Below, one piece after another: positions 10,159 to 20,247 of a stretch of 64,000 bases of DNA. This stretch comes from an uncultured Chlorobiaceae bacterium (GTDB lineage Bacteria; Bacteroidota; Chlorobiia; Chlorobiales; Chlorobiaceae). Position 1 is the first letter of the stretch; each line of letters opens with the position of its first letter. A model generated the notes under the pieces. The model was given only the letters and a program-made list of their open reading frames with translations. It did not search any database and was not told the DNA's origin. The position numbers and the translations under genes are program-made. The DNA lies in NCBI GenBank assembly GCA_903851535.1, contig CAINOO010000101.1, positions 6,359-70,358 of the forward strand, in the 5' to 3' direction.

Positions 10159-10673
10159 TATTCGAGTATGAAATATTTTTTGAGGGATTCAAGCTTTTTT
10201 TTGCCAATCCCCTTGACTTCCAGAAAGTCCTGGAATTGCAGCACTTTTCCCCCTTTTGATTTTCTGAAAGTGACCAGCCGTTCGGCCATGACCGGCCCGA
10301 CGCCAGGAATTTTCTGTAATTGCAGGCTGCTCGCCTTGTTGAACGAGAGGGTGCCCGTAAACACTTTTTTCCCTGATGTGTGGTGTTCCGGTTTTTTTTC
10401 AGCAGCAAGTTCCTCCCCTTGGGACTCGGCATCCTGTAAAACCTCTTCCTTGACGTTTTCCTGCTGCAGGGCAGCAAGGGCGATGAGGCTGTCGACCTCC
10501 GCTTCACGGTATCGTGCCGTTTCCGCTTTTTTAACAAGGAGATCGGTTTCCTCTGACGAACGAATTGTGACAAGGATGCCGCCAAGCAGCAGAAAGGCCA
10601 GAAGAGCCGATACCAGGGTAATTTCAGCTTTGGTGAGGCTGAGCTTCAGCGCCAGTTTTTCGAGGGGATTCAT
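10158..10673 (-). CDS. ComEA-family helix-hairpin-helix DNA-binding protein
   Basis: N-terminal TM helix. C-terminal NKASSLQLQKIPGVGPVMAERLV...LEVKGIGKKKL (two HhH motifs). Confidence 0.88.
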   Translation of the reverse strand: MNPLEKLALKLSLTKAEITLVSALLAFLLLGGILVTIRSSEETDLLVKKAETARYREAEVDSLIALAALQQENVKEEVLQDAESQGEELAAEKKPEHHTSGKKVFTGTLSFNKASSLQLQKIPGVGPVMAERLVTFRKSKGGKVLQFQDFLEVKGIGKKKLESLKKYFILE

Positions 10674-11821
10674 AGGAAGATGCGTTTTACCCTTGAAGAG
10701 ACCGCACAGAGCACTTCATAGCTGATGGTGCCACCCAATTCGGCAAGGGTGTCGGCTCCGCTCCCTTCCCAGCCAAAAAGAATGGCTTTGTCGCCTGTTT
10801 TGACATTGTGGCGGGTACCGAGGTCAACCATGATCTGATCCATCGTGACGGTACCGACCTGCGGGTAAGCGTTGCCGTTGATCATGACGGTGGCGCGGCT
10901 TGAGAGGGCTCTCGCATAGCCATCGGCATAGCCTGCGGCTATGGTTGCAATGGAGCATGCTTTTGGCGCTCTCCAGGTTCGGTTATAACTGATGGTGGTT
11001 CCGGCGGGTATGTTTTTGACAAACATTACTTTTGCTTCGAACTGCATGACCGGTTTAACGTCGAGGCTGCAGGGGCTTGCTTTTGACGGATGGTACCCGT
11101 AGAGGAGAATGCCGGGACGTACCATGTCGAGCCAGGATTCGGGTGCCGAGAGGATTGCGCCGCTGTTGGCCGCATGTTTACAAACGGTTCTCGATGAGGC
11201 ATGTTCATATTCTGCGGTGAGCGTTGTAAAGGCGCTGAGCTGTTGCCTGCAGAATCCTTCGGCAGTTGTGCTATCGGCAAAGTGGGTGTAGATCCCTGTC
11301 AGCTCAAGGTGCGGGGAGCTGTCGATTTGCCGGAGAAGTTCCATGGCCATCCCGGGGGGAGCACCGAGACGCCCCATGCCGGTATCAACTTTGAGCTGTA
11401 CGGCAACGGTTTTGTTCTCTGCTGCAGCAATTTCCTCTGCAGCATGAATCGTCAGGCTGTCGCAGAGGGTCATCTCGATGCCGTGGTGCAGGAAAAACGG
11501 AATATGGGAGGGTAGCGGCGAAGAGAAGGCGAGAATGGAGGCCGATTTTTTCAGTGCGCCGCCCTTTTTCAGTTCAATGGCTTCATGGATGTTGGCCACG
11601 CCGAAATCCTCAATGCCTGATTTTTCAAGCGTTTCAGCAACTTTGTGGACGTTATGGCCATAGGCATTTGCCTTGACGATACCCATGACGCGCCTCATTT
11701 GGCCAACTCTCTGGCAAATCAGGCGTGCATTTCGGGCAAGGTTTTCGAGCGAGACAAGAGCCTCAGTCATGTTTTCAGGTGGAATTGCTCCTGCCGCACA
11801 CTTCCTTTTGTTTTCATCCAT
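10670..11821 (-). CDS. alr: Alanine racemase
   Basis: IVKANAYGH (PLP Lys), KVDTGMGRLG, HAANSGA, VRPGILLYG, GYADGY, TMDQ. Start uncertain (11821 or 11770). Confidence 0.95.
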   Translation of the reverse strand: MDENKRKCAAGAIPPENMTEALVSLENLARNARLICQRVGQMRRVMGIVKANAYGHNVHKVAETLEKSGIEDFGVANIHEAIELKKGGALKKSASILAFSSPLPSHIPFFLHHGIEMTLCDSLTIHAAEEIAAAENKTVAVQLKVDTGMGRLGAPPGMAMELLRQIDSSPHLELTGIYTHFADSTTAEGFCRQQLSAFTTLTAEYEHASSRTVCKHAANSGAILSAPESWLDMVRPGILLYGYHPSKASPCSLDVKPVMQFEAKVMFVKNIPAGTTISYNRTWRAPKACSIATIAAGYADGYARALSSRATVMINGNAYPQVGTVTMDQIMVDLGTRHNVKTGDKAILFGWEGSGADTLAELGGTISYEVLCAVSSRVKRIFL

Positions 11822-12027
11822 AACGTGCGAACCTTTTTTGCTGTTACCGTATTGCTGTAAATCAGCATCCCTCTCTCTCTCGCGGCCCGATTGTCGGAAC
11901 TTCCTGTAAAAAAACATATTTTGTCTATGATTTTCAAACCGGAAAGGCGCTTATTCCTTGTATATTTTCTCTTCAGCGCCATCAAGGCATTGCGTTGTCA
12001 CTGTTAACTCATCTTTCAGCTACTACC

Positions 12028-13401
12028 ATGTCGAACCACGATATATTCGGGCTTGCCGCAGAAACGCCGATGGTTCCTGTACAACAGATGGCTCGCCACA
12101 TCAGGCCAAGGGTTCTGGCCAAACTTGAGTACATGAATCCGGCCTGGTCGCATTACTACCGGGTGGCCACGGCCATTGTCAGGGATGCTGAAGAGCACAA
12201 GCTGATTCATCCGGGAATGACCCTGGTGGACTGGACCTTCGGCAACAGCGGGATTGCTCTCGCCATGGCTGGTGTGAGCAGAGGCTACAAGCTGCTGCTG
12301 GCTGCTCCTGATAAAATATCGCGGGAGAAGCAGGATATGCTCCGCGCTCTCGGTGCGGAGCTGGTGATTACCCCTTCGGATGCCTTGCCCGGAGAGCCGC
12401 GCAGTTGCATGAATGTGGCTGAAAGTCTGGTGCGGAGTATTCCTCATGCTTTTTTTGCCGGCATGTATGCCAACCCTCTGAGCCTCAAGGTTCATTGCGA
12501 AGCTACGGGCAGTGAGATTTTTTGTCAGACGGATGGGAGGGTTACCCATGTGTTTGTGCCGATGATTTCCGGTGCCATGGTTTTTGGTATTGCCACGTTT
12601 CTGAAAGCGAAGAATCCCGCCATTCAGGTTATCGGTGTTGAGTCGCAGGGTTCAGTCTATGCGGGCCTCTTCAGGGATGGAGTGCCTGGTGAACCGGTAT
12701 TTTCCGAGCTTGAGGAGATTGGTTCCCGTCAGCCCTCCGCTTTTTGGGATCCCTCCCTTCTTGACGATGTGGTACAGGTAACTGATTATGAAGCATTCAA
12801 CTGCGGCAGGGAGCTTTTGCGGATGGAAGCCATTTTTGCTGGTGGAGCTTCGGGTGCGGCAATGGCTGCGGCGCTTCGGGCCAGTGCTGCTTTTGGTGAG
12901 GAGGATTGCGTGGTGGTGGTGATGAACGATTTTGGCGGTTATTATTTGAGCAAGATGTTCCATGATGAGTGGATGCGCAAGCGCGGCTTTTACCGTAAGG
13001 CGAAATCAGCCCTTGAGCAGATCACTGCCGAGGATATTCTGCAATTGAAAGCGCGTCGGGATCTTATTTTTGCCTTGCCGGAACATACCCTTGCTGAAGT
13101 GTTTGAGATGATGAAGCAGAACGATGTCTCCCAGCTTCCGATTGTCTCCTATAATGCTCCGATTGGCAGTATCAGTGAAAACAAGATTCTCTCGATTCTT
13201 ATTGAAAACGACGATGCGATGAATGCAAAGGTTGTCGGCTTTATGGAGCAGCCGTTTCCGGTCTGCCGGCTTGATGCAACGATTTCCGAATTATCCGATA
13301 AACTGCAGCAAAGTGCATCGGGAGTGCTGATAAGCCGGTCAGATGGACGTCTTCAATTGCTTACAAAATCAGATCTTATTGATGCATTAACTCATAAGTG
13401 A
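12028..13401 (+). CDS. Cystathionine beta-synthase/cysteine synthase-like protein with C-terminal CBS pair; PLP site degenerate
   Basis: Fold-type II PLP layout (AKLEYMNP, LRALGAELVITP, QTDGRVTH) plus two CBS domains (VSQLPIV; LLTKSDLI). The SxKDR motif reads SHYYR. Confidence 0.85.
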   Translation: MSNHDIFGLAAETPMVPVQQMARHIRPRVLAKLEYMNPAWSHYYRVATAIVRDAEEHKLIHPGMTLVDWTFGNSGIALAMAGVSRGYKLLLAAPDKISREKQDMLRALGAELVITPSDALPGEPRSCMNVAESLVRSIPHAFFAGMYANPLSLKVHCEATGSEIFCQTDGRVTHVFVPMISGAMVFGIATFLKAKNPAIQVIGVESQGSVYAGLFRDGVPGEPVFSELEEIGSRQPSAFWDPSLLDDVVQVTDYEAFNCGRELLRMEAIFAGGASGAAMAAALRASAAFGEEDCVVVVMNDFGGYYLSKMFHDEWMRKRGFYRKAKSALEQITAEDILQLKARRDLIFALPEHTLAEVFEMMKQNDVSQLPIVSYNAPIGSISENKILSILIENDDAMNAKVVGFMEQPFPVCRLDATISELSDKLQQSASGVLISRSDGRLQLLTKSDLIDALTHK

Positions 13402-13585
13402 GCGTCATTGTATTATCCGGTTGTTTTTTAGAAAGGATTTCCTTAACTAAGCACTCAAGAACATTCCTCTTTTTTTTCAGGTGTGATGAACTATATTGCG
13501 CCATGAAGCCCGCAAAAAGAGATCGGAGCGCAGAGAATCGGAAATCCAGACGGTTTTGGACCGGGTTAACAACCAGCAATATACT

Positions 13586-14146
13586 ATGAAGGTAGAGTCC
13601 AGAAAAAGACAGTTCATTTTGGAGGGCAAGATCAAGGCTTGTTTCTGTGAAGGGTGCGGTCAGATTACAGAGAAGGTCTTTGTCGGTGAATGGATGCCGA
13701 GCGACAAGCCAAGGGAGGATGATTATCTGACGTCGGTGGTTGTCAAAAAGCCAAAAGGCGGTAAAAACGGGTCAGTTGAATTGCCTCCTGCGGCAGAAAA
13801 CCAGTATTGGGTTCGCTGCGCCGAGTGCAATCAGGTCTACCTGCTCAAGGAGTGGCAAATACAGATTGACCGTGAGGTTCGTCCGGATGAGTTGAAAGCC
13901 GAAGAGTGCCAGGTTTACTCGCCTCATGGTATCTATGCCAAGGGTGATGCGCTCTATCATCAGGCGCTTGGTGAGGTTGGGGTGGTAAGGGAAAAACAGG
14001 CGACAGGAAGTGGTGCCTTTGTCATTATTGTGGAATTTTGCAAAAGCGGCAGAAAACAGCTTCTCGAAAATGTGCAGATGAACTCTGCGAATGGAAAAAA
14101 TGCAGAAAGTGTTACTGATCTTATTAAACTGAAACTTAGACGTTGA
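13586..14146 (+). CDS. Hypothetical protein with CxxC pairs (putative Zn ribbon) and a small C-terminal beta-barrel-like domain
   Basis: CFCEGC and CAEC motifs. C-terminal YAKGDALYHQALGEVGVV. ATG at 13586. Confidence 0.7.
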   Translation: MKVESRKRQFILEGKIKACFCEGCGQITEKVFVGEWMPSDKPREDDYLTSVVVKKPKGGKNGSVELPPAAENQYWVRCAECNQVYLLKEWQIQIDREVRPDELKAEECQVYSPHGIYAKGDALYHQALGEVGVVREKQATGSGAFVIIVEFCKSGRKQLLENVQMNSANGKNAESVTDLIKLKLRR

Positions 14147-14170
14147 TCTTTTAAAAGGGGGTGAATTACA

Positions 14171-14368
14171 TTGGTTAGTGTGCAGATAAATGACAATGAA
14201 TCGATCGATAAAATGCTGAAACGCTTCAAGAAAAAGTATGAGCGTGCAGGTGTTTTAAAGGAGTTTCGTGCAAACGCATACTTTGTTAAACCTTCGGTGG
14301 ATGGTCGTTTGAAGCGCTCGAGGAGCAGACGAAGGGCGCAGAGGGCAAATGAAGAACGCAATTCATGA
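14171..14368 (+). CDS. rpsU: 30S ribosomal protein S21
   Basis: [24 protein letters not shown]...FVKPS. TTG start with a GGGG-rich RBS. Confidence 0.95.
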   Translation: MVSVQINDNESIDKMLKRFKKKYERAGVLKEFRANAYFVKPSVDGRLKRSRSRRRAQRANEERNS

Positions 14369-14394
14369 TCATTCCGCTCGGAACAGTTTTGTAC

Positions 14395-14427
14395 AGGCAG
14401 CTCCTTCACGGGAGTTGCCTTTTTTTT
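14395..14427 (+). terminator. Rho-independent terminator after rpsU
   Basis: AGGCAGCTCC-ttcacg-GGAGTTGCCT followed by a T run. Confidence 0.85.
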
Positions 14428-14449
14428 GTCAACACCAATCCCGTGACTC

Positions 14450-15751
14450 ATGAGAGTGTTCAAAGGTGAAGTTACCGCGTTACCGCCCGACAAGTCGATC
14501 TCCCACCGTGCGGCACTTATCGGCGCACTGTCGGAAGGGACAACAGAGATTACCAACTTTTCCGCAGGATTTGATAACCAGTCAACCCTCGGCGTTCTGA
14601 CAAGTGCAGGAATCACCCTTCGCCAGGAAGAGATTGATGGAGCTTACGGTCGCCGCATCCGGCGAGTAACAATCGAATCCAGAGGATTGTGGAGTTTTAA
14701 GCCACCAGCCGATCCCTTGATGTGCAATAATTCAGGAAGCACCATGCGTATGTGTGCCGGTATTTTGGCTGCCCAGCCCTTTGTCAGTGAGTTGATTGGT
14801 GACGCTTCGCTGATGAAGCGGCCGATGAAGCGGGTTGCCGATCCGTTGCGAATCATGGGAGTTGATGTTCAACTTTCGCCGTCAGGCACAGCGCCGATGC
14901 GTATTTTTGGAACCAAAGAGCTGATGTCGATCAACTACCGCCTGCAGGTTCCTTCAGCACAGGTGAAGTCACTGGTAGCTTTTGCCGCCCTTCATGCAGA
15001 CGGAGAATCGAGGATTATCGAGCCGGTGCGCTCGCGTGACCATACTGAAGTGATGCTTGGTCTTAAGAGCATTGAATCCAACGGTGAGCGGGTCATCATT
15101 GTACCAGGCAGAATGGCCCTTGCCGCAAAGTCCTTTTTTATTCCAGCCGATCCTTCAGCCGCCTGTTTTATTGTTGCGCTCGGCCTTCTTGCGCGTGGTT
15201 CAGAAATTATTATTCGTGATGTCTGTCTTAACCCGACTCGGGTCGCATTTCTCGATCTCCTGATTAACGCAGGGGCCAGTTTGACGATTGAAAACCAGCG
15301 GATCATTGGCGGTGAAACCATTGGCGATATTCTGGTCGAGAACCACACAGGTCTCGCACCCCTTTTGATAAGCGATCCGCAGCTTGTCTCTTTTATCATT
15401 GATGAAATTCCGATGCTTGCCGTTCTTTCAGCTTTTGCATCCGGCCAGTTTGAGCTGTACAACGCTGCTGAGCTCAGAACCAAGGAGAGCGACCGCATTG
15501 ACGCTCTCGTCGTCAATCTGCAGCGTCTCGGTTTTGATTGTGAGCAGTACCCCGATGGTTTCATCGTCAAGGGGCGTCCGATAATCCCCTCTGGAACCGT
15601 GTTGATCGAGAGTTTTGATGATCACCGGATTGCCATGAGCTTTGCCATTGCCAGCAAAGCGACAGGGTGCCCTATTGATATTTCTGATGGTGATGTTGTC
15701 GGCGTCTCGTTCCCGAATTTTTTTGAACTGCTTGAAAGTCTCGAAGCATGA
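14450..15751 (+). CDS. aroA: 3-phosphoshikimate 1-carboxyvinyltransferase (EPSP synthase)
   Basis: [44 protein letters not shown]. Confidence 0.97.
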   Translation: MRVFKGEVTALPPDKSISHRAALIGALSEGTTEITNFSAGFDNQSTLGVLTSAGITLRQEEIDGAYGRRIRRVTIESRGLWSFKPPADPLMCNNSGSTMRMCAGILAAQPFVSELIGDASLMKRPMKRVADPLRIMGVDVQLSPSGTAPMRIFGTKELMSINYRLQVPSAQVKSLVAFAALHADGESRIIEPVRSRDHTEVMLGLKSIESNGERVIIVPGRMALAAKSFFIPADPSAACFIVALGLLARGSEIIIRDVCLNPTRVAFLDLLINAGASLTIENQRIIGGETIGDILVENHTGLAPLLISDPQLVSFIIDEIPMLAVLSAFASGQFELYNAAELRTKESDRIDALVVNLQRLGFDCEQYPDGFIVKGRPIIPSGTVLIESFDDHRIAMSFAIASKATGCPIDISDGDVVGVSFPNFFELLESLEA

Positions 15752-15773
15752 TTGATCGGGAGTGCCTAAAAGG

Positions 15774-16565
15774 TCAGGAGCCCCAGACCTCTTCAAGATG
15801 ATCAAGCAGCGCGTTGTTGAACGCTTCGTGCTGCTCCATGTTAGAGATATGAGCGGCTCCACTGAGCAGATGGAGCTGTGAGCCCGCTGTGAGATTGTGG
15901 ATGCTTTCGGCAGTTTCAGGTGTGGTAAGCTTATCCTCCTTCCCGTTCAGTACCAGTACAGGGCAGTGGATTGAGGCAAGAAGCGGTGTTGCATCATGGC
16001 GCATCATGATTGCCCGCATTGCTCTGTTGATAACGGTGGCGCTCTGCTCCCTTATCATCTCAACGGCTTCATCCGCCAGTTCCGGTTTCCTGACGCAGGT
16101 TTCGGGGGTAAAATAGTTTGGTATCATACGCCTGGCAGCCTCTTCAGCGCCTCCTGCCTCTACCGCGCGGATAAACTCCTCCCGCACTGAACGGGCGGCT
16201 GGCGCATCGGCCTCCGCCCTCGTGTCGCAGAGCACCAGCGATGCGGTTTTGCCGGGGTAGAGCCGGTAGAATTCAAAAGCCTGATAGCCACCCATCGACA
16301 GGCCGACAACCGTTGCACGCTCAATTTTCAGCGACTCAAGAAGTCTGGCAAGCTCATGGGCGTAATCGGTAAAGCTCCACTCCTCCCGTTCTCCGGATCC
16401 TGCTATACCATAGGCGTTTGGCGCAACGACGGCATAGCCAGCATGACCGAGAGCCTCAAGCTGAGAGCGCCACATTGCCGCAGAGAGAGGAAATGCGTGC
16501 AGAAGCAAAACGGCATGTTTTGCAATGCCATTTGTTGTAAGGTTAGCACCGAGGTATGAGAGCAT
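15774..16565 (-). CDS. Alpha/beta-fold hydrolase (enol-lactonase-like)
   Basis: LLHAFPL, GLSMGG nucleophile elbow, D in GKEDKL, H in AAHISN. Confidence 0.88.
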   Translation of the reverse strand: MLSYLGANLTTNGIAKHAVLLLHAFPLSAAMWRSQLEALGHAGYAVVAPNAYGIAGSGEREEWSFTDYAHELARLLESLKIERATVVGLSMGGYQAFEFYRLYPGKTASLVLCDTRAEADAPAARSVREEFIRAVEAGGAEEAARRMIPNYFTPETCVRKPELADEAVEMIREQSATVINRAMRAIMMRHDATPLLASIHCPVLVLNGKEDKLTTPETAESIHNLTAGSQLHLLSGAAHISNMEQHEAFNNALLDHLEEVWGS

Positions 16566-16568
16566 TAC

Positions 16569-16892
16569 TCAATTTTCCTTTGCTTTCGGGTATCCCTTGA
16601 TCTCCCGGATAATGCTGTTGGCTTCAGTGAGGATTTTTTTTGCCTCGTCACGTGCGGTGTCGATGAGCTCCTGCGAGCGTGTCTTCGCCTCGTTGTTGTA
16701 GGCGACATCATTTTCACTGTTTTCGTAGAGGTCGGTGGCCTTGTCGAGCGCAAGTTTGATTTTGCCCGAAATAATCTGCTGGGTTTCCGTTCCCTTGTGC
16801 GGGGCAAAGAGCAGTCCCATAATGGTACCAGCGGCTGCGCCAAGCACAGCGCCGAAAAAGAGCCCTTTGTAAAATTTGTCCTGATTTTCCAT
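16569..16892 (-). CDS. YtxH-domain protein
   Basis: GLFFGAVLGAAAGTIMGLLFAPHKGTETQ signature. Confidence 0.85.
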   Translation of the reverse strand: MENQDKFYKGLFFGAVLGAAAGTIMGLLFAPHKGTETQQIISGKIKLALDKATDLYENSENDVAYNNEAKTRSQELIDTARDEAKKILTEANSIIREIKGYPKAKEN

Positions 16893-17106
16893 GGTGCAAA
16901 AGTTTTTTCGTTTGTCAAATATAAGATAAAGTCAGCAATGCCCGGCCCATTTTTTACTCTTTTGCTGGAATTAGCAGCATTTTTTAGGCAACCTTTAAGG
17001 ATTCATTTATAATCCTTTAGGAATTCCGGGCGTACCTTGATCAGAGTGAGCATAGGGTTTCTCATGAACAGCGCAGAGCGGTAGTTTCTCCCACATTTTA
17101 ATGTAA

Positions 17107-17307
17107 TTGATACCAGTGAATTCTAATGGCAGATTCAGGGCCGCCCCTTTTGCAATCGGGGCATTTATCCTTTCCATCATCGCTGGCCTTCTCTTTTTTT
17201 TACATGTCATGGCCAGCATGTCACAGTCGACCCAGGTGTGGCTGAGCTCTCTTTTTATCTTCGCGGTCGTCTGCCACACCGCTTTCAACTGGAAGCAGTT
17301 TACCTGA
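17107..17307 (+). CDS. Small hypothetical membrane protein (2 TM)
   Basis: Two hydrophobic segments ending in CHTAFNWKQF. Start codon uncertain. Confidence 0.45.
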   Translation: MIPVNSNGRFRAAPFAIGAFILSIIAGLLFFLHVMASMSQSTQVWLSSLFIFAVVCHTAFNWKQFT

Positions 17308-17312
17308 AACAA

Positions 17313-18740
17313 TCAGCGAAACAGGTCAAGATCATGGGTGAGCATACGCATAATCTCTTCGCGCGACTCCACGATGCGTTCAACCAGTTCAGGTTGGCAG
17401 AGAACCCTGAACTTTTTGGTAAAGCGCTCAAAAGAGAGAATGAAATCCGACTGAAAAACCGACTCGTTCAACTCGTCAAACCGCACATACTCCGATTTGC
17501 ATTGCAGTGAGTAGTGGATGTGTTCCGATCTGGTAGGGTAGACGCGTAGCTCCTTAAGATCAGCGTAATCGAAAATATCTTTTTTTGATGGTGGGTCAAT
17601 CAGTACTTCATGGCCGTGGAGAGTGAGATTATAGCGTTTGTTGAGAACGCGGCAGATCTCCATCTCCATAGCACGGCGCATAGCGCTGTTACCGTTATAG
17701 GCAAACCACCGCTCGTCCTCTTTTGCGGAATGAGGCAGGTAGGGCTGTACCGTTATCGCCCTCTTGTAGACCCGGCGCATGAGGATATCATCAAGCAGGG
17801 CAGAGAGAGGGTGTTCTTTTTCCGGCATCAACTGCTTCAGCTCATGCAGTACCCGGTCATCGGCATTGCCATAAAAGAGATGGCGCAACGCCTCCCCCGA
17901 GAGCATCCCGCAGCCCGCAATATCCTGCAGAAGTCTGCGGAGCATTGCCGAGAGCGCCCTGCTGGTGTGGTGCCAGTAGACATTGCGCATCATCATGTAT
18001 TTTGCAAAAAGCAGGCTCTCAAGCGGTGCAATTCCTTTTTCTGTGATGGCAAACCGTTCTCGCTGCGGGTCAGGCACAAACGACTCAATCAGCCGGTCGA
18101 TATCAATGCTTCCGTAGGGAATGTTGCAGTGGTGGGCGTCGCGCATTAGATAGTCCATTTTGTCAGGGTCAAGTGTGCCGCTGATCAGCTTGCTGAAGCA
18201 GATTCCGGCACGGCCTGTGATGAGTGCGATGACCGCTTCCGGCTCCACCTTCCATTCCACCTGCAATATTTCGGCAATTGTGGGCATCCCGGGGTTTTGC
18301 TCATAAATAAAATGACGGCAAAGCTCCTCGTGGTGCGAAAATACCGGCTCGTTGCCGTAGCGGGGGATCTGCTCTTCAATGATATGGGCATGGGGAAAGT
18401 GGCCGATATCGTGCAGAAGAGAGGCCGAGAGCAGCACCCGGCAGTTGTGGTCGTCAAACCGGAACCGGTCATCCTGCAGGCTGAGGGCCAGAGGGCTCGT
18501 CAACATGCGTTGCAGTATCAACTTCATGAGGTGATAGACTCCGATTGAGTGCTCAAAGCGGGTATGCGTGGCTCCTGGGTAGACCTGCTGTGAAAAGGAG
18601 AGCTGCCGAATACCTTTTAGACGAAGAAAGGATGGATGCGACAGAATTTTTTTCAGGGCTCCGCTTAGCGGGATATGGCCCCAGACAGGGATGCGGATAA
18701 AACCGCCATCAGATTGAAAAAGCAGGCGTTCGGCTATCAT
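17313..18740 (-). CDS. HD-domain phosphohydrolase (dNTPase/SAMHD1-like family)
   Basis: RLKGIRQL, YPGATHTRFEHSIGV, LLHDIGHFPHAH, LDPDKMDYLMRD, VYWHHT. ATG at 18740. Confidence 0.9.
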   Translation of the reverse strand: MIAERLLFQSDGGFIRIPVWGHIPLSGALKKILSHPSFLRLKGIRQLSFSQQVYPGATHTRFEHSIGVYHLMKLILQRMLTSPLALSLQDDRFRFDDHNCRVLLSASLLHDIGHFPHAHIIEEQIPRYGNEPVFSHHEELCRHFIYEQNPGMPTIAEILQVEWKVEPEAVIALITGRAGICFSKLISGTLDPDKMDYLMRDAHHCNIPYGSIDIDRLIESFVPDPQRERFAITEKGIAPLESLLFAKYMMMRNVYWHHTSRALSAMLRRLLQDIAGCGMLSGEALRHLFYGNADDRVLHELKQLMPEKEHPLSALLDDILMRRVYKRAITVQPYLPHSAKEDERWFAYNGNSAMRRAMEMEICRVLNKRYNLTLHGHEVLIDPPSKKDIFDYADLKELRVYPTRSEHIHYSLQCKSEYVRFDELNESVFQSDFILSFERFTKKFRVLCQPELVERIVESREEIMRMLTHDLDLFR

Positions 18741-18827
18741 GAGGTTTTGCACTTTGAGATAGTTGCGTTCTTCAAGATACGCAAGAAAGAGGGCGTGCCA
18801 AATTGGTACACCATCTTTCTTGCAATC

Positions 18828-19086
18828 AATCAAATTGAGCCTGTTTGTAATTGCGGCCAAATTACGCGCGCAATATAGGAGATAATTTTTAAGGTTTTAA
18901 TTCAGAGAGATATGGTCATTTTCAGATGCTCTTATCGATATATATGCAGTATATAAAAATCAAATTGAGTCTGTCTGTAATTGCGGCCAAATTACGAGCA
19001 CAATATAGATGGTAATTTTTTAAGGTTTTAATTCAGAGAGATATGGTCATTTTCAGATGCTCTTGCCAATATATATGCGGTATATA
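18828..19086. repeat. Imperfect tandem duplication of about 130 bp of intergenic DNA
   Basis: caaattgag...gtaattgcggccaaattacg...ttcagagagatatggtcattttcagatgctctt...tatatgc occurs at 18831 and again at 18961. The offset is 130, then 131 after a 1-bp indel. Confidence 0.92.
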
Positions 19087-19706
19087 TATTCTATATAAAT
19101 TAATCCTGCACTTTCATTAATCATGATTAATTGTAAAAAATATTTGCACAATTATTTGATTTAATAAATAAAAATAGTAGAATGGCAAATGGAGATGCCC
19201 TCCCTGATTTACAAAAAAAGTACTCACGCTGGTGCGATTATATAAAAGTTCTGTTCGTTCTGTTAATGGATGTGACGGTATGCTGTACTAAGTTTTTTTA
19301 AGCGTTCAACAACAAGTTGTTCCTTGATTTCGAGTCAGTTAAGCCTGATACCTTAATGTCCGGCCTTGTTTCATTTCGGCATCAATTCTTGCGGAGCGCT
19401 TATTTGCAATGCTTTTTTTAAGAATATGTTTTATAAATACTTTAAATGTAGTGATTTAGTCTTTCCTGGTATTGATGTTGTATTAAAGTAGTTTTTTTCT
19501 CTATTTCTGCTTGATATCTCGGTTGACTGTCTATCATATTTTTAAAAGCAAATAGAAGTGCCGGGTGTAATTATTTCGATAAAAAAGTGTCGATGATTCT
19601 GGAAAATAAGCGATGTACATATGCGGAGAAGAGCGTCAGGATATTTCCGAACATGAATCTACTTACCTGTTTAATCTGCATAACAAATAACTAAACAACA
19701 ATTATC

Positions 19707-20186
19707 ATGAAACTTATTGCAAAACATCACGCATTTACCCGGTTATGCACAGCTCTTTTTTTTATCGGACTGAATCTGGTCTCTGCACCATCAGCCTCCT
19801 TTGCGATAACTGTTGGTGAAGAATATCGCGGAGGCATAGTGTTTTATGTGGATGAGAGCGGCGAGCACGGTCTTGTTGCTGCCAAAAAAAATATTTCAGG
19901 CCATTCGCATGGTATGGTTGCAGAGGAGTTTACGTGGTATGATGCCAAAGCGGCCTGTACCAGGTTTTCGACCGACGGTGTGGGGGGATGGCGTTTGCCG
20001 AATTCGTCGGAACTGCGCAAGCTCTACCAGCAGAGAAATCTTGTTGGAGGTTTCAACGACCACTTTTACTGGAGTTCCTCGCGCGAAGACGAAGAGAATG
20101 CCTGGTATCTCTACTTCTACAGTGGAGACGAGAACCACGAAGCCAAGATGGCCAACGGCCGGGTTCGGCCCGTGCTTGCTTTTTAA
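19707..20186 (+). CDS. Secreted DUF1566/Lcl-type (CLec-fold) protein
   Basis: Signal peptide, GGIVFYVDESGEHGLVAA, TWYDAKAAC, WRLPNSSEL, YWSSS...AWYLYF...RVRPVLAF. Confidence 0.85.
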   Translation: MKLIAKHHAFTRLCTALFFIGLNLVSAPSASFAITVGEEYRGGIVFYVDESGEHGLVAAKKNISGHSHGMVAEEFTWYDAKAACTRFSTDGVGGWRLPNSSELRKLYQQRNLVGGFNDHFYWSSSREDEENAWYLYFYSGDENHEAKMANGRVRPVLAF

Positions 20187-20247
20187 CTCCTCGCTACGAC
20201 AAATAGAGGTTTTACGTATTATTTTAAAATAATTTGTGAAGTAAAAA

